Shown here in pieces: positions 57,990-64,000 of a stretch of 64,000 nt of DNA; the stretch's first letter is position 1; the number at the start of each line of letters is the position of its first letter. Both the position numbers and the translations under genes were made by a program. The DNA is taken from positions 248,744,001 through 248,808,000 of the forward strand of contig OZ024740.1 of NCBI GenBank assembly GCA_964016885.1. Reading direction: 5' to 3'. The notes under the pieces are model-generated. The model saw only the letters and a list, made by a program, of their open reading frames with translations. It was not told the origin of the DNA and did no database searches. This DNA comes from Eledone cirrhosa. Its lineage: Eukaryota.

Positions 57990-60032
57990 TATATATCTTC
58001 AAGGAAGATAAGCTACAGGAGAGGTTCACAGTAGAAGTGAGGAACAGGTTCAGTGTTCTGTGTGGAGAGACAGAGGAGAGAGAGATTGGAGGGACTGAGG
58101 AGTGTGTGACGAAGAGGTACGGGTACTCCACCAATGCAGTGGCAGAAGCAAGTGAGACCCTGGTGCCGAGGAGAAAGAACAAAAGGAAGCACGTCAGCTC
58201 TGCAGACCCAAAAGTGTGTGCAGCCAGAAAACACCTGAAAGCTGCCAAGGACCAATTCTATGCTGATCCTACGGAGGAGAGGAAGGAAAATGTGGAGGTA
58301 ATGAGGGAAGAACTCTGTACTGCTTACACTGAGGTCAGAGAGCAAGCACTGATAGAAAAGATCAGAAGTGTGGAGAGAGCGGTTGACAGGTCTGGATGTA
58401 AGGAGAGCTGGATGATGATCAACGAGATCACAGGGAGGAAGAGAAGGTGTTCGAGTCAGATCCAGGGAACAGGGCCCGAGGATAGGAAGAAGAAATGGCT
58501 GGACCATTTTAGAACCCTACTAGGAGAGCCGCCCTCCACAGCCCAGAAGACTGGGGAGATCAGGAGAAACTGGATATTGAGACAGAGCCCTTCACCAGAG
58601 AGGAGCTTCAGAGATTCAAGAAGATCAAGGAGGGCATCAGAGGTGTGATTTTGATATCATCCTGGAGTTCTGTAACCAGGCACTGGAGAAAGGAGTTGCC
58701 CCAAATCAGTGGAGGATCAGTAACATCGTCCCGGTGCCAAAGAAGGGAGATCTCTCTAACACCAACAACTACAGGGGGATCTCACTGACATCACTTGTGG
58801 CAAAGACCCTCAACAGGATGATTCTTAACAGGATCCAGCCCGAGATGGAGAAGAAGCTCAGGGACAACCAGAACGGCTTCAGAGAGGGAAGATCAACCAC
58901 CAGTCACATCCTGATGCTGAGGAGGATATTAGAGGGAGCTAGAGCAAAGTGCCTTCCTGTGGTCATGGTTTTCATTGACTTTAGGAAGGCCTTTGATTCT
59001 GTTGACCGTCACTGCCTGATGAAGATCTTACAGACTTATGGAATCCCCAAGAAGCTAGTGGACCTGATATCACTGCTCTACACCAACACAAAAGCCCAAG
59101 TCATTACACCTGATGTCAGAGTTCTTTGAGATACTGGCTGGAGTGCTCCAGGGAGATACATTGGCTCCCTTCCTTTTTATCATCGCAGTGGACTATTGTA
59201 TGTGCCTTGTGCTGGAGAAACACCAGGACTCTGGCTTTACTGTAACACCGGCTCAGAGCAGGAGAGTTAAGGTAAAAAAGATATCGGATGCTGAATTTGC
59301 CGACGACATAGTTTTGGTGACAAACACAGTGAACGAGGTAGAGGATTTGATGCAGGAGGTGGAGACTGTATCGATGAGTGTGGGGCTGAGAATGAATGAG
59401 ATTACGACAAAATATCTGGTAGAGAATATTAAGAAACCAAAGAAGATTACTAATGTAGACAGGAAGCCGCTAGAATTGGTTGAGGCCTTCCTGTATTTGG
59501 GAGCAAAGATTGGGAATACGGAAGATGATGTGGTCGAGAGGAAGAGCAAAGCCTGGGCGGCATGCCACAGCTTGAGATTGGTGTGGAAGTCGGACCTTCG
59601 TAAAGACCTGAAAATCCGCCTCTTCGTTGCTGTAGTGGAGTCTGTGCTGCTGTATGGGTCTGAGACTTGGACACTGACCAAGAAACTCACTCAGATGGTG
59701 GATGGGTGCTACACGAGAATGCTGAGGATGGCTCTGAACATTAATCAGTATACACTGAGGATGAAGAACTAAAAAGTCAGCTCAAAAGTGACACAGAAGA
59801 GACTGAGGTTAGCTGGACATGCTCACCAACATCCAGAGTTGACACTGCACTCAATGCTCCTGTGGGAGCCCCTGCATGGACACACTGGAAGAGGAAGACC
59901 GAAGTTAACATATGTTGATGCCCTAAGGAGAGACACTTGTCTGTTGGAGACGCAGGACATGGCAGCGATAATGAGGGACAGAGACCGCTGGAGAGAACTC
60001 GTCCATGGATCTCGGGAATTTTACCCGCCCTA
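57990..60032 (+). mobile_element. RTE-X-type LINE, frameshifted, antisense in a ZRANB2 intron
   Basis: PKKGDLSNTNNYRGISL, NQNGFREGRST, FIDFRKAFDSV, GVLQGDTLAPFLF, FADD, RLRLAGH. Confidence 0.93.
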
Positions 60033-63000
60033 GTTATATATATATATATAATCATCATCATCACCGTTTTATGTCCATTCTTCCACGCAAGCATGGGTTA
60101 GACGAGTTGTCCTGTTGTGGGTAATGCCAGGTCAGTTGACCATGTCTTGCTCATACAGAACTTATTTGGGCTTGATTTCTACAGCTGGATGCCCTTCCTA
60201 ACACCAACTTCATTTACAGTGAGTACTGGGTGCTTTTTTACCATGGTGCCTACATGACCACTTTACAGTGTGGGCTGGGTGTTTTTTTTTGTCGTGGCAC
60301 CTACACAACCACTTTACAGTGGGAGGGATTGGGTCATATTGTCTTTAAGCTTCAGCATGTACCCATGTGAAATCGGGTCTTTTGTATTACTGCATTTTTT
60401 CTCTATGCATCACTACAGCACCTACCCACTTTAATATAACAGCAAGTTTAGAAGAGATAGTAATCCTAGTTGCTGGGACCCATGGTTGAGGTAGACTCAG
60501 GAAGACATGGGATGAGGTTGTGAAGTCTGACCTTAAGAAACTAAACCTCACAACAGAAATTACTAAACATTGTGAGGGGTAGTGCTATGTGATGCTAAAG
60601 ACCCGATCTGCAACATACAATTTGACCTCCCCCCCCCCCTTCCACCACAACTCACCAACAGCTCTCCCTGACACCACTACAACCCTCACTGCACACCCCC
60701 ATGGCCCTTCCGCCACACGTTCTTAATTGCTGTCCCCTTGTGAAGTGGTTGGTGATGGGAAGGACATTCAGCAGTGGAGGGTCTGCCAAATAAAGGGTTG
60801 GAAGGACCTTTCAATCATGACATCCTCCTAGCATTTGGTGGTCTACACAATAAACGCAAGTGGTTGGTGATAGGAAAGGCATCCAAACGTTGAAAACTTG
60901 CTGAACAAAGGGTCAGGAGAACCCTTCAGTCATGTCAAGGATATGACAGCCTCCTTAGATTTGGTGATCTACATGATAAATGCACCCAGTACACGCTGTG
61001 AAGTGGTTGGTGATAAGAAGGGTATCCAGCAGTAGAAAGATTGCCAAACAATGGGTTAAAGACATGACAACCTCCCCTGTGCATGACCGCACAAAAGCGA
61101 GACAGATCCTTGACTTGTCTGGGAGTTCAGTAGTCCTGCTTCAATACTGACTTGGTCTATATAAACCCGTCCAAACCTTGCGAAGGAGAAGGGTACGTGA
61201 TGATGATGTAGATAGATTGTACCTCCCCGTTCAGAATCAGCGATCGACGTTTTGTTTTCTAGTGACTAAACCATATGTATCGTTATAAAACAGATTAGTA
61301 ATGTATTTTCGAAAATTAATACTATTACTAATATAGTCAAATATTTAGTCAATTAGTTTGTTGTGAAAATTACATGTTCAGTGATGTTTTTACAATGTGC
61401 TGTACAATAGTAATGCCACGTTCATCAATCTATCTATAGGACAGAGCCGATGGCAGGTGAAACTTCGAATTCCTAGTCAATCCCTACTTGTAAAATAAAA
61501 TATATACTCTATTTAGTGCTCACTCAGTTAATATTTCACTGTTTTTTTAAAGTCTGATTATACCTCGAGTGCCATCCGACTTTTTAGAAATAACAGCCAA
61601 ATCTCTTCATAAACCACACCCAAACGTCTTACAAAGAGGTAGACGTAGAGAAGAAAAATAAAGTTATTGATCATATGTCTGTTTCTTTACCAAGCAGATA
61701 TGGAGTTAAGCAATAGCAAAAAGAAGGATATAGTGTGATTGAACCACGTTCAACATCCATCACGCCACAAGTGTTCGTGTCTGGCGTAGATTTTATCGAT
61801 CACAAATATCTAGGCGAGATCTACGCGAGTATGACTCGAACTCTGAAGTAAATGTATAGAAACTAAATATTGTACCCCACAAGAAAAAGAAAAAAGCGTA
61901 TTTAGACACCTCCTCGTCTAGATGACCCTGTTCAAGCAGTCTGTATAATGAAAGGTATTTCATCAGTGACCATCTCGTCTTTTAGTATGTATATCAGGGA
62001 CTTGCATTGTCCATTCTATCATTCTTGTAGTTTTTGTCCTAAGTCAGTCATGACAGTGCAGACTTATGATCACGTCGTTTTTGCTTATCAAGATCTACAC
62101 TGTCCAACGTATGTCTTTATCTGTGGGAGATTTTGCTACTATTTCTAACAGGTCGAACGACCACGTAGGGGCTTCCAGTTGTTTCGCCCTAGCTAGGCCT
62201 GTTCGAGCAAAACTATCATTAAAAGCGTTTCAATCGTGACTTCCACATCTTTTCTATACCAGGAGCTACATTGTACAACGTATCTTTCAAGACGTGATTT
62301 GAGGGAGATTGGACTACTATTTCTAGCAGATTGTGCGCTGACATTGAAGATCCCTCGTTGACAGGCGTTTGTTCAGTGACGCTCTAGTTTTAACTATAAT
62401 AGGTCATACAAGCATAAAAATGCATAACGAAGGGGAGTTACAGAAATAGGATATTGGTGTTTTCATGTCTGTCCTAATAGTTAATATTTGCCACAGGGAC
62501 AGCAAAATATACATAAAGATAAAAAGTTTCGAACAATTAAATCTTCTATATGGGTGTTCTGAACAACAACTACACAAGTAGCCTGTGTATGTGTATATGT
62601 GAGTGTGTGTGTAGAATAGATGTATGTGTATGTCAATTTCTGTGGTATGCAGCAGTGTTTATAAGATGCATATGTGTATAAAATATGCGTGCCTGAGTGT
62701 AGTAATGTTTATAACATGTATGAGTATAGGTATTCATGCATGTGTGTGAATCTATTTATACATGTGTATACAATATTCATGTATGTGTGAATGGCTTCAT
62801 GTATGTATGTAAATGTATATGCATGCATGTGTATGTACAGTATATAGGTATTTCTTAATGCAACACGAAGTGCTAAGTGAGGATGGAACGATATATATAT
62901 ATATATATATAGACGGTATAATATATGTAACTAGCAAAAAAGCAAATATACAAACCAGTTTGTTTATTGCTTTCTTTCACGTCAAACACAAAGACTTGGT

Positions 63001-63685
63001 CGCTTTTCGTTGTTGTAGTTGTTCAAGATGTATTTTGTTGTGATATTTTCGTTCCGAGATCGGAAATACAGAAGAAAAAAAGAAGAAAACTAATAACTGA
63101 TTTAAAAAATTATAATAATTTCTCTTATAATAATTTGTGTAGAGATGTAAAAAAAAATTAATAATAGTGAGAAATTTATTCCCGCCGACAACACCCGTCA
63201 GTTGGGATTACTCCCAGTCCGATGGGGCAAGAAATATATTTAGAAAACGGCGACTTAACAAAACAGACATAGTGTGCGCAAGATTGAAATGAAATCTCGT
63301 CAAGAGGAAACGTGAACTAAAACGATATTTAGGCACAAATTCTGAGTTCGGAAACAATTTTAAAATTCATAATTATCGTAATAATTTTTTTAAAGTAAAG
63401 ACTATATTTATATGTGATGCGAAAAATAAAACGAGACGGCCAATGTCTTTTTTCTTTTTTTTTTTTGTTAACAAGCTACATAAGTGACGTGATTTCTTTC
63501 TTCTAACGGGAAGCGAAACCCTGCTCGATTTTTTTTACAGCTCATTGGCAGCTTAAAAAGTATTTCGCTTTAAAGTACTGCAAGATACGAATTATAACGT
63601 TACTAACCGGCCAACTTAGAAGCGAAGGACATTTATTGGTTTAGCAAATCTATATAATGATTTTTTTTATCATTACCTACAGTCA

Positions 63686-63870
63686 GGGCGGCGGATAGGC
63701 AGTATCGGTAGAGGGTTGGACGCCATAGTTTGCAACATAGAGTTACGGTCCTTTATGATCTGAGTTCAAATCCTACCGAGGTTAACTTTGCCTTTCATCC
63801 TTGCAGGGTCGATGAATTAAAGTACCAGTTACGCACTGGGGTCGATTTAATCGACTTTCCCCCTCCCCAA
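63686..63870 (+). mobile_element. tRNA-derived SINE (another partial copy at 63935-64000)
   Basis: GGCAGTATCGGTAGAG...GTTCAAATCC...CTTTCATCC..GGGTCGAT..AAAGTACCAG. Confidence 0.85.
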
Positions 63871-64000
63871 AAATTGCGCCTATTTAAGAAACCATTAATA
63901 CCTACAGTCTGTGTGTGTATATTTATATACATTTTGGTCAGTTAACTTTGTCTTTCATCCTCACGGGGGTCGATAAAATAAAGCACTAGTAATGCACTGG

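Noticed and set aside
63180-63330. ZRANB2 first coding exon
   Set aside because: CpG-rich and possibly promoter-proximal, but no convincing GDWxC finger-1 sequence with a splice donor

Overview
AT-rich, microsatellite-dense eukaryotic (animal) DNA; the SINE types and repeat landscape suggest a coleoid cephalopod, probably an octopus (inference). It has two compartments. (1) About 1-35 kb is intergenic and packed with retroelements. It holds a decayed Tx1-clade LINE, RTE-type LINE fragments, a non-autonomous Helitron, tRNA-derived SINEs and many Penelope-like elements (PLEs; Naiad-type with a CxCx5Cx5C linker and Neptune-type) sitting in (TA)n arrays. The PLE debris carries about 15 hammerhead-ribozyme (HHR) motifs and repeatedly forms fold-back palindromes with both 3' ends facing outward. 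One near-intact Neptune-type PLE (16993-22499, minus) has identical-looking 404-bp direct repeats and a coiled-coil-like ORF1. Its AUG-less RT/GIY-YIG ORF2 can apparently be reached only through a U_UUU_UUA -1 slippery site. (2) About 38-64 kb is the body of a minus-strand ZRANB2 gene. Six phase-consistent coding exons were found; the first zinc-finger exons were not found in the window. Its introns hold SINEs, an RTE-X LINE and a 27-bp minisatellite. All alignments and folds were done by eye.
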